A DNA stretch of 64,000 nucleotides from Candidatus Shapirobacteria bacterium (GCA_022837635.1 JALHFY010000001.1:381693-445692), one strand, 5' to 3'; positions 44,219 to 54,334 are shown, counted from the first letter of the stretch. Translations and numbers: made by a program. Notes: generated by a model not told the origin, from the sequence alone.

Positions 44219-44641
44219 TTATTTACCTATTTTATCAGCATATTTATGATTGCTGTCTGTAAAAACACGGAGACGAGTAAGACGGGTATCTCGGAGTTTA
44301 TTTTTAGGCAACATACCATAAACTGCTAACTTAATAACTCGACGAGGATCTTTTTGCATTAATTCTTTTAAGGTTAATGATCTAAGATTACCGGCATAAC
44401 CGGTGTGACGATAATAAACTTTTTGTTTGAGTTTTTTACCAGTGACTACCAACTCAGCGGCATTGATAGCCACGACATAATCACCATCGTCGCGATGATA
44501 AGAAAAACTGGGGTTGTTTTTACCCATCAAAATAGCGGCAATTTCAGTGGCGGCACGACCGAGAGTCTTGCCAGAGAGGTCAAAAAGTATCCAATTTCTT
44601 TTGACTTGATTGCCAGTGGTAACAGTAGTTTTAGCTTTCAT
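44219..44641 (-). CDS. rplM: 50S ribosomal protein L13
   Basis: W..D..GK.LGR.AT.IA.L.GK, D.GDYV..INA, AV.GMLPKN. Confidence 0.96.
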   Translation of the reverse strand: MKAKTTVTTGNQVKRNWILFDLSGKTLGRAATEIAAILMGKNNPSFSYHRDDGDYVVAINAAELVVTGKKLKQKVYYRHTGYAGNLRSLTLKELMQKDPRRVIKLAVYGMLPKNKLRDTRLTRLRVFTDSNHKYADKIGK

Positions 44642-45145
44642 TTACTTCGATTTTTTAACTGTTTTTTTAACGGTGGGTTTTTTAGGAGGAGTTTTTTTAG
44701 TAGAAGTTTTTTTGGCAGGGGTTTTGCGAATAAATTTAGAGTGAGCTGGGGTTTTTTCGGAATTATTGTCGGCTAATTTTTTGAGATCAAAAGCTTGATT
44801 AAAACTCAGTTTGACAATCAAAGCATCATCACCTTGACGAAACTTTACCTTTTGAAGACGGGTAAAGTTTTGAGTTTGTCCGGCAAACTGATTTTTAAAG
44901 ATGGAAATAGTTCGACTAACAAAATTTTTATCTTGGAAAATGTTAAATAATTCTCGATGAGCTCGAAGATCACCGACGACTGCACTGGCAGCCAGTTTTT
45001 CGGCTTGAGGAATAATAGATTTAGCTTTGGCTTGAGTAGTTTGGATAGAACCATGAGTAAATAAACTCCGAAGCAGAGTTTTGAAAAGGGCTTGACGTTG
45101 ATTGGTGTTTCGGCCTAATTTACGACCGGAAACGCGATGCTTCAT
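44642..45145 (-). CDS. rplQ: 50S ribosomal protein L17 with Lys-rich C-terminal tail
   Basis: MKHR..GRKLGR...QRQAL, I.TT.AKAK, R.GD.A. Confidence 0.95.
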   Translation of the reverse strand: MKHRVSGRKLGRNTNQRQALFKTLLRSLFTHGSIQTTQAKAKSIIPQAEKLAASAVVGDLRAHRELFNIFQDKNFVSRTISIFKNQFAGQTQNFTRLQKVKFRQGDDALIVKLSFNQAFDLKKLADNNSEKTPAHSKFIRKTPAKKTSTKKTPPKKPTVKKTVKKSK

Positions 45146-45151
45146 AGTAGT

Positions 45152-46072
45152 TTATTTATTCCAAGGATAACCCTTATCTTTAAGCCAAGAATCAATAATT
45201 TTTAGGGATTTTTCGCCGACATTTTTAGCCTTACTAACTTCAACTCGGCCGGCCTTAAAGAGGTGATCAATAGTCGGATAACCAGCCTTTTTCAAAGCAT
45301 TAGTAACTCTGAGAGGTAATTCAATTTCTTCGACAGAAATTTCCGCTAGTTGATTGATAGGTGAAGATTCTAAAGTAATAACTTCGTCGGTGAATTCCCG
45401 AGTATCGACAATCTGATTGAGAGCATTAATTAAATCTTTAGCAGCAAGTTTGAGAGCATCCATAGGAGCAACTGAAGCATCAGTCCAGATTTCCATGGTT
45501 AATTTGTCATAATTACTCTTTTTACCTAAGCGAGTAGGTTCAACTGTGTAGTTAGCTTTTAGAACTGGAGTAAAAGTAGCATCAAGAATAATTTCGCCAA
45601 CAACATCGGTTTTTTGCTCACGAGCCATGGTATAGCCGACTCCCCTCTCAACAGTCATTTCGATATGTAAATGGGCCTTAGGATCGGTTAAAGTAGCAAT
45701 GATTTGGTCGGGATTGGTAACTTTACAAACAGTAGAATCGGCAATATCACCGGCAGTCACTATCCCTTTACCTTTTTTATCTAAAATAAGAGTAACCGGA
45801 TCTTCTTTGGCATAATTAAATTTGATTTTTTTAAGATTAAGTGAAACTTCGATAAGATCTTCTTTAATTCCAGGTAAGGTAGTAAAAAGATGGTTGGCAC
45901 CATCGATTCTGATACGAGTAATCGCCGCACCGGGAATGGTAATTAAGAGAATCCGACGCAAACTATTGCCTAAAGTATGACCTAAACCTCCAACCAGAGG
46001 GCTGAGTTCATATTTGCCATAAGTGGCAGACTCTTTAATGGTTTTAATATGGAATCGGCTGGTGTCGATCAT
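45152..46072 (-). CDS. rpoA: RNA polymerase subunit alpha
   Basis: PL..G.G.TLGNSLRR.LL, G.GY, DATFTPV, N.G.KS; SD AAGGAG before ATG 46072. Confidence 0.96.
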   Translation of the reverse strand: MIDTSRFHIKTIKESATYGKYELSPLVGGLGHTLGNSLRRILLITIPGAAITRIRIDGANHLFTTLPGIKEDLIEVSLNLKKIKFNYAKEDPVTLILDKKGKGIVTAGDIADSTVCKVTNPDQIIATLTDPKAHLHIEMTVERGVGYTMAREQKTDVVGEIILDATFTPVLKANYTVEPTRLGKKSNYDKLTMEIWTDASVAPMDALKLAAKDLINALNQIVDTREFTDEVITLESSPINQLAEISVEEIELPLRVTNALKKAGYPTIDHLFKAGRVEVSKAKNVGEKSLKIIDSWLKDKGYPWNK

Positions 46073-46085
46073 GTTTGTCTCCTTT

Positions 46086-46715
46086 TTAACGGGAATAATA
46101 TTCAATAATTAAATTAATATCGATTCCGTTGTGATTGGAATCAATAATGGGAAGAGCTAGTAATTTAACTGAGTATTTACCTTTGTCAAGGTCTAGCCAC
46201 TCAGGAGCTTGAAAATCTTTGTCGGCGGCCCGGAGGGTCTCACCGATATTTTTGGCAATTTTTTCTTTAAGAGAAATAACATCACCAACTTGAACAGAGT
46301 AAGAAGGGATGTTTAAGACTTTGTTGTTAACTAAAATGTTTTTATGACTCACTAAAGAGCGGGCATGACTTCGAGAAAGAGATAAACCCGATAAATAGAC
46401 AATATTATCAAGTCTTCTTTCAACCAAAATCATTAAGTTCTCACCCACTTGACCTTTTAATTTTTTAGCCTTGAGGTAATAATTTTTGAATGCAGTTTCG
46501 GTAACACCATAAATTCTTTTGGCTTTTTGCTTGGCCCGAAGCTGAAGACCATAGTCAGTCAATTTACCAGCTCTTTTTTGGCCGTGCACTCCAGGACGAA
46601 TGGCACCTTTTCTTTCAAAGGGGCATTTGGCGGAAAAACAACGATCACCTTTAAGGTAGAGTTTGACTCCCTCGGTGCGACAAAGACGACATTTTTTATC
46701 TAAAGTAGGACGCAT
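46086..46715 (-). CDS. rpsD: 30S ribosomal protein S4 (Cys-containing type)
   Basis: CRLCR.EG.KL.LKG.RC...KC, YG.QLR.KQK, E.RLDN, IIEYYSR. Confidence 0.96.
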   Translation of the reverse strand: MRPTLDKKCRLCRTEGVKLYLKGDRCFSAKCPFERKGAIRPGVHGQKRAGKLTDYGLQLRAKQKAKRIYGVTETAFKNYYLKAKKLKGQVGENLMILVERRLDNIVYLSGLSLSRSHARSLVSHKNILVNNKVLNIPSYSVQVGDVISLKEKIAKNIGETLRAADKDFQAPEWLDLDKGKYSVKLLALPIIDSNHNGIDINLIIEYYSR

Positions 46716-46720
46716 ATAGT

Positions 46721-47110
46721 TTAGACCCGACGGGCTTTAGGCGGGCGAGGGCCATTGTGAGGAGTTGGGGTAAGATCGGCGATTAGGTCGACATCATAGT
46801 CTCTTTTACTGCGAAGAAACCTGAGAGCAGCATCACGGCCGGTACCCGGACCTTTGAGATAAACTGATAATTTTTTAATACCATAAGGACGAGCCGCCTC
46901 TAGAGCTTTTTCAATGGCGGTAGTGGCCGCAAAAGGAGTTGATTTACGGGAACCCTTGAAACCGCACTGACCAGAAGAGGACCAGGAAAGAGTATTACCC
47001 TTGTCATCGGTAATAGTAACAATAGTGTTGTTGAAGGTTGATTGAACGTAGAGCCGAGCATCGGCAATACTTTTAATAACTTTTTTAGTTTTGCGAGTAG
47101 TGGTAGCCAT
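46721..47110 (-). CDS. rpsK: 30S ribosomal protein S11
   Basis: STFNNTIVTITD, GFKGSRKSTPFAA, TP.PHNG.RPPK.RRV. Confidence 0.97.
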   Translation of the reverse strand: MATTTRKTKKVIKSIADARLYVQSTFNNTIVTITDDKGNTLSWSSSGQCGFKGSRKSTPFAATTAIEKALEAARPYGIKKLSVYLKGPGTGRDAALRFLRSKRDYDVDLIADLTPTPHNGPRPPKARRV

Positions 47111-47113
47111 AGA

Positions 47114-47521
47114 TTATTTTTTGACAGCTTTTTGCTGACTTTCAATTTTTGCCCAAGCTTCCTTGGTAAGAGAGCCAACAGTTTTCTTCTTACCTTTGCG
47201 GGTACGGGCATTGGATTTGGTTCTTTGACCGCGAGTGGGTAAAGAAACCATGTGACGAACTCCGCGATAACATTTAATAGCTTTCAAACGGTCAATGTTT
47301 TCACGAATTTCTCTTTTGAGATCACCTTCGGTTTGAAAATCTTCCAAAGCTTTCATGAGATTACTGACATCATCTCTGGACAGTGATTTAATGCGAGTAT
47401 TAAGATTAATATTGGCTTTTTTAGCCAGTTGAATAACGTTTTTAGGACCAATACCGTAAAAACGGGTCAAGGCCACTTCAGCCCGCTCGTGATCTGGGAT
47501 ATCGACACCTGCAATTCTCAT
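47114..47521 (-). CDS. rpsM: 30S ribosomal protein S13
   Basis: [24 protein letters not shown]...LP.RGQRTK.NARTRKG. Confidence 0.96.
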   Translation of the reverse strand: MRIAGVDIPDHERAEVALTRFYGIGPKNVIQLAKKANINLNTRIKSLSRDDVSNLMKALEDFQTEGDLKREIRENIDRLKAIKCYRGVRHMVSLPTRGQRTKSNARTRKGKKKTVGSLTKEAWAKIESQQKAVKK

Positions 47522-47526
47522 GGATG

Positions 47527-47640
47527 TTACCCTTGTTTTTGGGTATGTCTTTTGGTGGAACAAATAACACGTCGAACACCCCGCCGAATGACGATTTTGC
47601 AGTTTTTACAGCGGCGTTTTACGCTCGACTTGACTTTCAT
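47527..47640 (-). CDS. rpmJ: 50S ribosomal protein L36
   Basis: Manual translation [37 protein letters not shown]. Confidence 0.95.
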   Translation of the reverse strand: MKVKSSVKRRCKNCKIVIRRGVRRVICSTKRHTQKQG

Positions 47641-47703
47641 AGACTTTGAACTTTGGTATTTTACCCTAATCTATTCGAAATATCAAAGGGTAAATGGTAT
47701 TTT

Positions 47704-47913
47704 TTAACCCCGATAAACGATGCGACCTTTTTGACCGTCCGGAGATAAAACTAAAGAGACATTGTCGCCTGCTAGACAACGAATGTGATTGATCTTAAGT
47801 TTACCAGCCAGGTAACAAACGATTTCGCGGCCATCGTCGGCCAATTTGACTCTAAAAAGCTGGTCAGGCAGGACTTCGGTGACAACACCTTTGACTTGTG
47901 GTTCTTTTGCCAT
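47704..47913 (-). CDS. infA: Translation initiation factor IF-1
   Basis: G.VTEVLP...FRV.L..G, GK...HIR...GD.V, KGRIVYR. Confidence 0.95.
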   Translation of the reverse strand: MAKEPQVKGVVTEVLPDQLFRVKLADDGREIVCYLAGKLKINHIRCLAGDNVSLVLSPDGQKGRIVYRG

Positions 47914-47934
47914 TTTTAATTAATTAATAATATT

Positions 47935-48513
47935 TTATTCTAAAGTACTAATTTTTTGATCAATATCGGCAAAAATAGGTTCGATGGGGCGGTTGCCATC
48001 AACTCTGAACAAAAGGTTTTTAGAAGCAAAATAGTTCATAATAGCATCATTGTTGTCGTCGTAGAATTTTTGACGAGCAGCCATAGCTTCGGGAGTGTTG
48101 TCGGTGCGCTCTTTATCTTGGAATTCGATACCCATTTTGGCGCGACGAGCACTGATTTCTTCAAAAGTAACATCAAGGTGAATAATCAAATCTAGGGGTT
48201 GTTTTTGTTGTTGTAAAAAATTTTCAATATATTGACCTTGACTCAGCATGCGAGGAAAACCGTCGATAATAAAATTTTGATAATTAATTTTGGCCAGATT
48301 GGTAGTTAAAATTTCATAGACAACTTCATCGGGAACCAGGTTGCCATTATCGATAAAAGATTTAGCTTTAAGACCAATGTCCGATTTAACAGCAATTTCA
48401 TTGCGCAACAATTGTCCTGTAGAAAAATGAGTTAAATTATATTTTTGAGCAATGAGTTTGGCTTGGGTTGATTTACCACAACCACTAGGACCAATAATAA
48501 AAAGATTCAACAT
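47935..48513 (-). CDS. adk: Adenylate kinase (short LID)
   Basis: GPSGCGKSTQA, STGQLLR, G.LVPD, IIDGFPR, R.D. Start at ATG 48513. Confidence 0.93.
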   Translation of the reverse strand: MLNLFIIGPSGCGKSTQAKLIAQKYNLTHFSTGQLLRNEIAVKSDIGLKAKSFIDNGNLVPDEVVYEILTTNLAKINYQNFIIDGFPRMLSQGQYIENFLQQQKQPLDLIIHLDVTFEEISARRAKMGIEFQDKERTDNTPEAMAARQKFYDDNNDAIMNYFASKNLLFRVDGNRPIEPIFADIDQKISTLE

Positions 48514-48965
48514 GTAAAACCCTTTGTCCCTGCGGGACATTTCCCTTCAAAAGGGCAATTTTTAATCTTTATTTCTTGACAACGGAGGTTGATAGCTGAT
48601 TTTATCTCAATAGCGACTTGATTTAAATTATTCAAAACTTGGTCATTAGAAAAACGGATAGTTTTAATACCTAAAGAGCTAAGCATTAAATCACGATTAT
48701 GATCATGTTTTTGGATATCTTGATGATATTCACCATCTATTTCGATGGCCAGCAGTAGTTTGGGGGAATAAAAATCAAGAATAAATTGGGTAATTGGTTT
48801 TTGTCGTAAAAAACGAAAACCGCTTTGACGATTTTTTAAAAGTGTATTCCAGACAAGTGCTTCAGCCGGAGTAAGCCGGTTACGGTTTTGACGAGACAAC
48901 GAGGTAAGCTGGTGAAAATAAGGATTGTGACCTTTTTTAGTTAAAATTTGTTTTATATTTTTCAT
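48507..48965 (-). CDS. DUF559 / Vsr-like endonuclease
   Basis: R.NR..T.AE..VW..L, FRF.RQ.PI..FILDFY...LAIEIDG..H, D..RD..L...G...IRF.N. Confidence 0.9.
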   Translation of the reverse strand: MKNIKQILTKKGHNPYFHQLTSLSRQNRNRLTPAEALVWNTLLKNRQSGFRFLRQKPITQFILDFYSPKLLLAIEIDGEYHQDIQKHDHNRDLMLSSLGIKTIRFSNDQVLNNLNQVAIEIKSAINLRCQEIKIKNCPFEGKCPAGTKGFTC

Positions 48966-49015
48966 AAAATTCCCCTTTTGAAGGGGAAAACCGCTGTTAA
49001 GCGGAAGGGGTTTTA
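48515..49015 (-). mobile_element. Putative DUF559 element bounded by hairpin-containing terminal inverted repeats (48515-48562 and 48966-49015)
   Basis: Left TAAAACCCTT-TGTCCCTGCGGGACA-TTTCCCTTCAAAAGGGCAATTTT; reverse complement of right TAAAACCCCTT-CCGCTTAACAGCGG-TTTTCCCCTTCAAAAGGGGAATTTT. Confidence 0.65.
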
Positions 49016-50293
49016 ATATGTTAGTTTATCGTAATTATACATTTGAACAGCGTTTTCAATCTTGCGGTGAAGCTCAAGAATAACCGAAACAACGATTAAA
49101 ACTGAGGTTCCGCCAATGGTTAAAGAAGAAATACCAGTAGCTTTTTGAATCAAGGCAGGTAAAACCGCAATTAGAGCCAAAAAGAAGGCGCCAATAAAAA
49201 CAACCCGATAAAGAACGTATTCCAATCTCTTTTCGGTGGCAGTACCGGGACGGATACCGGGAATAAAACCGCCAGATTTACGTAATTCTTCAGCCACATC
49301 TTTGGGTTTGAAAACAACAGTAGAATAGAAAAAAGTAAAGGCAATGACTAAGAGAAAATAACTAATCAGATAAATAAAGGAAGTACTAGCAAAGGTGGTA
49401 GTCAGCCAGCGAGCAAAAGAGGCTAAACCAGGCTTGGAAGAACGAAGTAAAGCTTGACCTATTAGTGAAGGCAATGAGACCAAAGAAACAGCAAAGATAA
49501 TCGGCATGACACCGGAAACATTAATTTTAATGGGAAGATAGGTAGTTTGGGCTCTTTTGGCATAGGAAATAGGAATACGATAAACAGCTTCTTCAACAGT
49601 CACCACTGCAAAAACAATAGCAAAAGCGACGGCCATAAAGAGAATTAAGTTAAAAAGAGTTTGAGGATTGGAAAAATCAGCTAAAACTAATGATTGATAA
49701 ACAGAAATAGGTAAACGAGAGATGATACCGGCAAAAATCATAACAGAAATACCGTTACCAATACCATAATCATTAATTAATTCCCCTAAAAAGATCATAA
49801 GCATGGTACCAGTAACCATACTGACTACAAGAGCTAAAATGGTCAGAGGAGAATTGGTCAGAATAATGTTTTGAGATTTAAGGATACCGTACATGGCAAA
49901 AGACTGTAAAATGGCCAAAGGAATGGTGATTATGAGAGTATAACGTTCTAGCTTAGCTCGACCATATTCCCCTTCTTTTTGCAGTTCTTTAAGTTCTGGA
50001 ATAACAAAGGCTAAAATTTGCAACATAATCGAGGCATTAATATAAGGATTAAGGCCCAAAGCAGCCACAGAAAAATTGGCTAAGGTACCACCGGAAAAAA
50101 TATCCAAGAGAGACAGAAGTTGATTTTGAGAAAAGAAAGATTTGAGCAGGGCAGTATTTACCCCAGGAACAGGAACGTGAGCAACGAAGCGGAAAAAAAT
50201 TAAAATAAGCAGAGTAAAGAGAATTTTTTTACGAAGATTTGAGGCTCGAACTGCTTCACGATAAAGAGATAAGGCGCGAAAAAAACGATTCAT
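49013..50293 (-). CDS. secY: Preprotein translocase subunit SecY
   Basis: FSGG.L..FS..ALG..PYI.ASI, G.GNG.S..IF.GI, GVMPIIFA, GGFIPGIRPG..T, GGTS.LIVV.V. Confidence 0.97.
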   Translation of the reverse strand: MNRFFRALSLYREAVRASNLRKKILFTLLILIFFRFVAHVPVPGVNTALLKSFFSQNQLLSLLDIFSGGTLANFSVAALGLNPYINASIMLQILAFVIPELKELQKEGEYGRAKLERYTLIITIPLAILQSFAMYGILKSQNIILTNSPLTILALVVSMVTGTMLMIFLGELINDYGIGNGISVMIFAGIISRLPISVYQSLVLADFSNPQTLFNLILFMAVAFAIVFAVVTVEEAVYRIPISYAKRAQTTYLPIKINVSGVMPIIFAVSLVSLPSLIGQALLRSSKPGLASFARWLTTTFASTSFIYLISYFLLVIAFTFFYSTVVFKPKDVAEELRKSGGFIPGIRPGTATEKRLEYVLYRVVFIGAFFLALIAVLPALIQKATGISSLTIGGTSVLIVVSVILELHRKIENAVQMYNYDKLTY

Positions 50294-50748
50294 GATTCTA
50301 TCTTACCACCTAGAGAAAGAATTTTTTGATGAGCTGATTCAGAAAATTTAAGACCTTTGAAATTAAGTTTTTTAGTGAGAGTACCGGTAGCTAAAACTTT
50401 AATTTCTTTAGTCAAATCAACGGGAGTGTGTCGAGAAACTTTTTCAAAAATAGCTTTGGAATCAACAGTATCGCCATTTTTAAACCAACTTTCCAATTGA
50501 GTGAAAGTAACGGGATAAATTTTATTTTTAGGTAAAACACGATGTTTACCTCTCAGAAAAGGTAATCTTTTGAGCCAGGATTTTTTAATTTTAGTACCAT
50601 CAAAAGTGAGTTTGCTTTTACCGCGAGCAGTGTCTCCCTTAGCGCCACGGCCAGTAGTGTGACCACCGACTCCAGAACCAATACCCCGACCTCGACGTCT
50701 GGCCGATTTTTGGGTGGTTTTTGGAAGATTAGAAAGAATGTTGTCCAT
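50290..50748 (-). CDS. rplO: 50S ribosomal protein L15
   Basis: R.GRG.GSG.G..TGRG.KG..AR, RLP..RG, K.L..G.L.KK, FS.SA..KI...GG. Confidence 0.93.
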   Translation of the reverse strand: MDNILSNLPKTTQKSARRRGRGIGSGVGGHTTGRGAKGDTARGKSKLTFDGTKIKKSWLKRLPFLRGKHRVLPKNKIYPVTFTQLESWFKNGDTVDSKAIFEKVSRHTPVDLTKEIKVLATGTLTKKLNFKGLKFSESAHQKILSLGGKIES

Positions 50749-51201
50749 TTATTTAAGAGTTTTAAGGGCGGCGAGAGTAGCCCAAACATTAATTGATTTG
50801 TTTTTAGAACCAATAATTTTACTAGTGATATCCTTGATACCAGCCAATTCAACCACAGCTCGGACCGGTCCACCAGCAATCAAACCACTACCTGGTTTAC
50901 CAGGGCGAAGTAAGACCAAAGCCCCTTTGAATTTAAGAGTAACTTCATCAGTAATAGTGCCGTCAACAATAGGGATTTCGACTAAGGATTTACGACCACG
51001 ATTAATGGCTTTTTGAATAGCATCAGCCACACTTTTAGCTCGACCATGACCAACGCCAACTCGACCTTTTTTGTCACCAGTAACGACCAGAGCGGTAAAG
51101 GAAACCTGATTACCACCCTTGGTTTTTTTGGAGACACGTTTGACTTGAACGACTTTATCAGTAAATTCAGGAATGATTTTTTCTTCGACTTGAGGATCCA
51201 T
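50749..51201 (-). CDS. rpsE: 30S ribosomal protein S5
   Basis: RVSKKTKGG...SF.ALVV.GD..G.VG.G.G, PG.G.IAGG.VR.V.E.AG. Confidence 0.96.
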   Translation of the reverse strand: MDPQVEEKIIPEFTDKVVQVKRVSKKTKGGNQVSFTALVVTGDKKGRVGVGHGRAKSVADAIQKAINRGRKSLVEIPIVDGTITDEVTLKFKGALVLLRPGKPGSGLIAGGPVRAVVELAGIKDITSKIIGSKNKSINVWATLAALKTLK

Positions 51202-51202
51202 A

Positions 51203-51547
51203 TTAAAATTTAAGACCAGCGGCTCTAGCACCTTCAGCCAGGGCTTTTACCCGACCTTGGTAGCGGTAAAGACCGCGATCAAATCTAACTAAAGTAACTT
51301 TTTTATCTAAGGCTAGTTTAGCAATAGCTTCACCGACAGCTTTGGCCTGATCACTTTTGGTCCCCTTCTTTTTAAGAGTTTTACTTGAAGTAGAGGCTAA
51401 AGTTTTACCATGCTGGTCATCGATAATCTGAGCCCAAATATGACAATTGCTACGAAAAACGGAAAGACGGGGTAAGCCTAAGTTTTGAGATAGTTTACCG
51501 CGAACACGACGGAGACGACGGAGTTTGGTGTCAGTAGTGATTTTCAT
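51203..51547 (-). CDS. rplR: 50S ribosomal protein L18
   Basis: [37 protein letters not shown]. Confidence 0.96.
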   Translation of the reverse strand: MKITTDTKLRRLRRVRGKLSQNLGLPRLSVFRSNCHIWAQIIDDQHGKTLASTSSKTLKKKGTKSDQAKAVGEAIAKLALDKKVTLVRFDRGLYRYQGRVKALAEGARAAGLKF

Positions 51548-51548
51548 A

Positions 51549-52088
51549 TTAGGCTTTGGCGGTTTTACCAGCTTTTAACTTAATAAATTCATCAACATAA
51601 CGAACACCCTTGCCTTTGTATGGCTCAGGAGTGCGGATTTTTCTAATATTGCTGGCAATTTGACCAACAACTTCTTTGTCGGCACCGGAAACGGTGATTT
51701 TACTTTCTTCGGCGACAGTAATAGTAATACCGTCGGGGGCAGTAATATAAACTGGGTGAATGTAACCGGCTAAAACAGTCAGTTTATTACCATCAACACT
51801 GGCTTTGTAACCGGTACCACGAACTTCCAATTCTTTACTCCAAGGAGTTTCCACTCCGGTAATCATATTTTGAAGATGAGCCCGAGCAGAACCATGATTA
51901 GATCGGGTTTGTTTATCTTCGGACATGCGAGTAAGAATAATTTGTCCGTCATTAATTTTAGCTTCAATTTTAGGAGGCAAAGTATAAGTTAAAGTGCCTT
52001 TAGGTCCGGTGATAGTAAGTGTCTTTTTCTCAAGGGTGACAGTGACAGCTTCGGGGATAGTGATGGGGAGACGACCAATGCGAGACAT
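51549..52088 (-). CDS. rplF: 50S ribosomal protein L6
   Basis: [25 protein letters not shown]. Confidence 0.97.
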   Translation of the reverse strand: MSRIGRLPITIPEAVTVTLEKKTLTITGPKGTLTYTLPPKIEAKINDGQIILTRMSEDKQTRSNHGSARAHLQNMITGVETPWSKELEVRGTGYKASVDGNKLTVLAGYIHPVYITAPDGITITVAEESKITVSGADKEVVGQIASNIRKIRTPEPYKGKGVRYVDEFIKLKAGKTAKA

Positions 52089-52089
52089 A

Positions 52090-52458
52090 TTACCAAATTT
52101 CGGCGATTAACTCACCACCTAGCTTTTTAGCGGCGGCTTCTTTTTGTGAAAGAAGGCCGGAAGAGCTGGAAATAATAATTAACGAGCGAGGAGTTTTTCC
52201 CCAAGGAATGGAACTAGCGGCACAGTAAAGACGACGACCGGGACGAGATAAGATACGGATATCAAAAACATGAGGATCTTTAATGGTAATTTCTCTAGTC
52301 TGATCATCAACAGAAAAATCGCTGATAAATCCGTGTTTTTTAAGTTTTTCTAAGATGGCAACGGAAAATTTAGACAAGGGGGCAGTAATACTTTTACGAC
52401 CGGCACGACTGCCGTTTTTGATTCTAGTGAGTAAATCGCAGGAAAGTGAAGTAATCAT
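52090..52458 (-). CDS. rpsH: 30S ribosomal protein S8
   Basis: DLLTRIKN, SRPGRR.Y, ISSS.G, GGEL...IW. Start at ATG 52458. Confidence 0.93.
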   Translation of the reverse strand: MITSLSCDLLTRIKNGSRAGRKSITAPLSKFSVAILEKLKKHGFISDFSVDDQTREITIKDPHVFDIRILSRPGRRLYCAASSIPWGKTPRSLIIISSSSGLLSQKEAAAKKLGGELIAEIW

Positions 52459-52462
52459 ATAT

Positions 52463-52648
52463 TTACCAACTGGCCTTTTTGACTCCCGGTAAGACACCAA
52501 GGTTGGCCAATTTTCTAAAACATAAACGACATAAACCAAATTGACGAATGTAAGAACGAGGACGACCGCAAATTTGACAACGATTGCGATAACGATTCTT
52601 AAATTTAAGTTTTTTAGTTTCTCTAATAATTTTTGCGTTAGTAGCCAT
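52463..52648 (-). CDS. rpsN: 30S ribosomal protein S14, zinc-binding type Z
   Basis: RC..CGRPR...[20 protein letters not shown]. Confidence 0.96.
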   Translation of the reverse strand: MATNAKIIRETKKLKFKNRYRNRCQICGRPRSYIRQFGLCRLCFRKLANLGVLPGVKKASW

Positions 52649-52650
52649 AA

Positions 52651-53187
52651 TTAGACAGTTTTCTCAAAGGGAAAACCCAGGGTTGATAATAACATTTTTG
52701 CGTCATCAATTGAAGAGGCCGAGATGCCTAAAGTGATTTGAACAGGACGGATTTTGTTAACAGCATTTAGGTCGACTTCGGAAAAATAAGTCTGATCGTG
52801 GATAGTGAGATTGTAATTACCAGCCTGATCAAAAGCGGTTAAAGGCATACCTTTGAAATCACGGAGACGAGGTAAAACTAAGTGAAAAAGTTTTTGTATA
52901 AAATCATACATTCGTTGACCTCTAAGAGTGACTTTATAAGCCATAGGTTCACCTTGACGTAATTTGAAGGAAGAAATGGCTTTTTTAGAGCGAGTTAACA
53001 TAGGTTTTTGGCCGGTAATAGCGATAATTTCTTTTTCAGCAGCTTCTAAAGCCTCTCTGGAATCACGACCTTGGGTTACCCGATAATTAATGACGACCTT
53101 GGTCATTTTGGGTAAAGCATTGGGGTTTTTATTGTCCAAAGCTTTGGCTAATTTAGTATTGATTTCTTTTAAGAAGGTTGAGTTCAT
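52651..53187 (-). CDS. rplE: 50S ribosomal protein L5
   Basis: ITGQKP..T.SKK.IS.FKLR.G, VTLRG..MY.F, LPR.RDF.G. Confidence 0.96.
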   Translation of the reverse strand: MNSTFLKEINTKLAKALDNKNPNALPKMTKVVINYRVTQGRDSREALEAAEKEIIAITGQKPMLTRSKKAISSFKLRQGEPMAYKVTLRGQRMYDFIQKLFHLVLPRLRDFKGMPLTAFDQAGNYNLTIHDQTYFSEVDLNAVNKIRPVQITLGISASSIDDAKMLLSTLGFPFEKTV

Positions 53188-53489
53188 AGTTGACTACCGC
53201 ATTTTTTACAAAGGCGGGATTTTTGACCGTTTTTGTCAATTGAATAAGCAACTCGAGTTTTTTTCTGACATTTAGGACATAAAAGCATAACTTTGGAGAC
53301 AGCTAATTTGCCTTCTTTTTCAATAATTTGGCCCTTTTGGCCTTGAGAGGGTTTCAGGTGTTTTTTGAAGATATTAAGACCTTGAACAATCACAGTTTTA
53401 GTCTTAGGGAAAACCTTAAGAACTTGGCCACTACGACCACGATCTTTACCTAAAATAACTTGGACTTTATCGCCTTTTTTGATTTTCAT
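53184..53489 (-). CDS. rplX: 50S ribosomal protein L24
   Basis: MKIKKGD.V.V..GKD.G..G.V (KOW); CxxC...CxxC. Confidence 0.95.
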   Translation of the reverse strand: MKIKKGDKVQVILGKDRGRSGQVLKVFPKTKTVIVQGLNIFKKHLKPSQGQKGQIIEKEGKLAVSKVMLLCPKCQKKTRVAYSIDKNGQKSRLCKKCGSQL

Positions 53490-53490
53490 G

Positions 53491-53859
53491 TTAATAAACC
53501 TCCTTGGCCATGGAAGCAATTTTATTAAAACCGGCTTCCTTTATTTCCCGAGCGATTGGTCCAAAAATACGGGTACCACGGGGATTTTTTTGAGAATCAA
53601 TAATCACGGCAGCATTGTCTGAAAAGCGGATATAAGAACCATCTGGTCGACCGGTTTCTTTTTTGGTACGAACAATAACAGCTCTGACTTTTTCTTTCTT
53701 TTTAACCAAAGAATTGGGTAAAGCTTCTTTAACCACCGCTAGAACTGTATCACCTAACTTGGCTTGCTTGTGACGGAAACCAACATAAACATGGATAATC
53801 TCCAAAGATTTGGCTCCACAATTGTCAGCAGGATTGAGTCGAGATCGAAGTTGAAGCAT
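53491..53859 (-). CDS. rplN: 50S ribosomal protein L14
   Basis: ADN.GAK, AVIVRT, R.DGSYIRF.DNAAV, GTRIFGP.AREI. Confidence 0.97.
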   Translation of the reverse strand: MLQLRSRLNPADNCGAKSLEIIHVYVGFRHKQAKLGDTVLAVVKEALPNSLVKKKEKVRAVIVRTKKETGRPDGSYIRFSDNAAVIIDSQKNPRGTRIFGPIAREIKEAGFNKIASMAKEVY

Positions 53860-53863
53860 ATGT

Positions 53864-54136
53864 TTAAGGACTAGCCTGTTTGATAATTTCTAAAGTAGTA
53901 AATCTTTTAAGTTTGGAAAGGGGGCGAGTTTCTCTGACCTTGACAGTATCACCGATCTTAGCGTTTAAGTTATTTTCAGCATAGATTTTTTTGCGTTTTT
54001 TGACAATTTTCTGATAGAGAGGATGGCGCATGGTATAGCTCATTAAGACAGTGATAGTGTTGGTCATTTTGTCAGAGACAACGACGCCGGTAAAAACTTT
54101 GCCACTAATAGTAGATTTATTGCTTTGAGTTTTCAT
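53864..54136 (-). CDS. rpsQ: 30S ribosomal protein S17
   Basis: G.VVSDKM..TI.V, HPLY.K, GD.V...ETRPLSK.KRF. Confidence 0.96.
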   Translation of the reverse strand: MKTQSNKSTISGKVFTGVVVSDKMTNTITVLMSYTMRHPLYQKIVKKRKKIYAENNLNAKIGDTVKVRETRPLSKLKRFTTLEIIKQASP

Positions 54137-54323
54137 GTTTTTTGAGAAGAGTGGCGATTAAAGCCATTTCATATCTCATTTTTTTAAAAACTGAGGTATC
54201 TTTTTGGTTGCCTAAATATTGTTTACTTTTGGTTTCCAGATACTTTTTCTTCAAATCAGCTAAAGCAGTTTTGAGTTCTGCAGGGCTTTTTTGATGGTAG
54301 GAAATTTTATCAGTTTTTTTCAT
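54117..54323 (-). CDS. rpmC: 50S ribosomal protein L29
   Basis: Position between rplP and rpsQ; EL...L..LKK, K.R...A...T.L. Confidence 0.85.
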   Translation of the reverse strand: MKKTDKISYHQKSPAELKTALADLKKKYLETKSKQYLGNQKDTSVFKKMRYEMALIATLLKKHENSKQ

Positions 54324-54334
54324 ATTTTGGGCAA

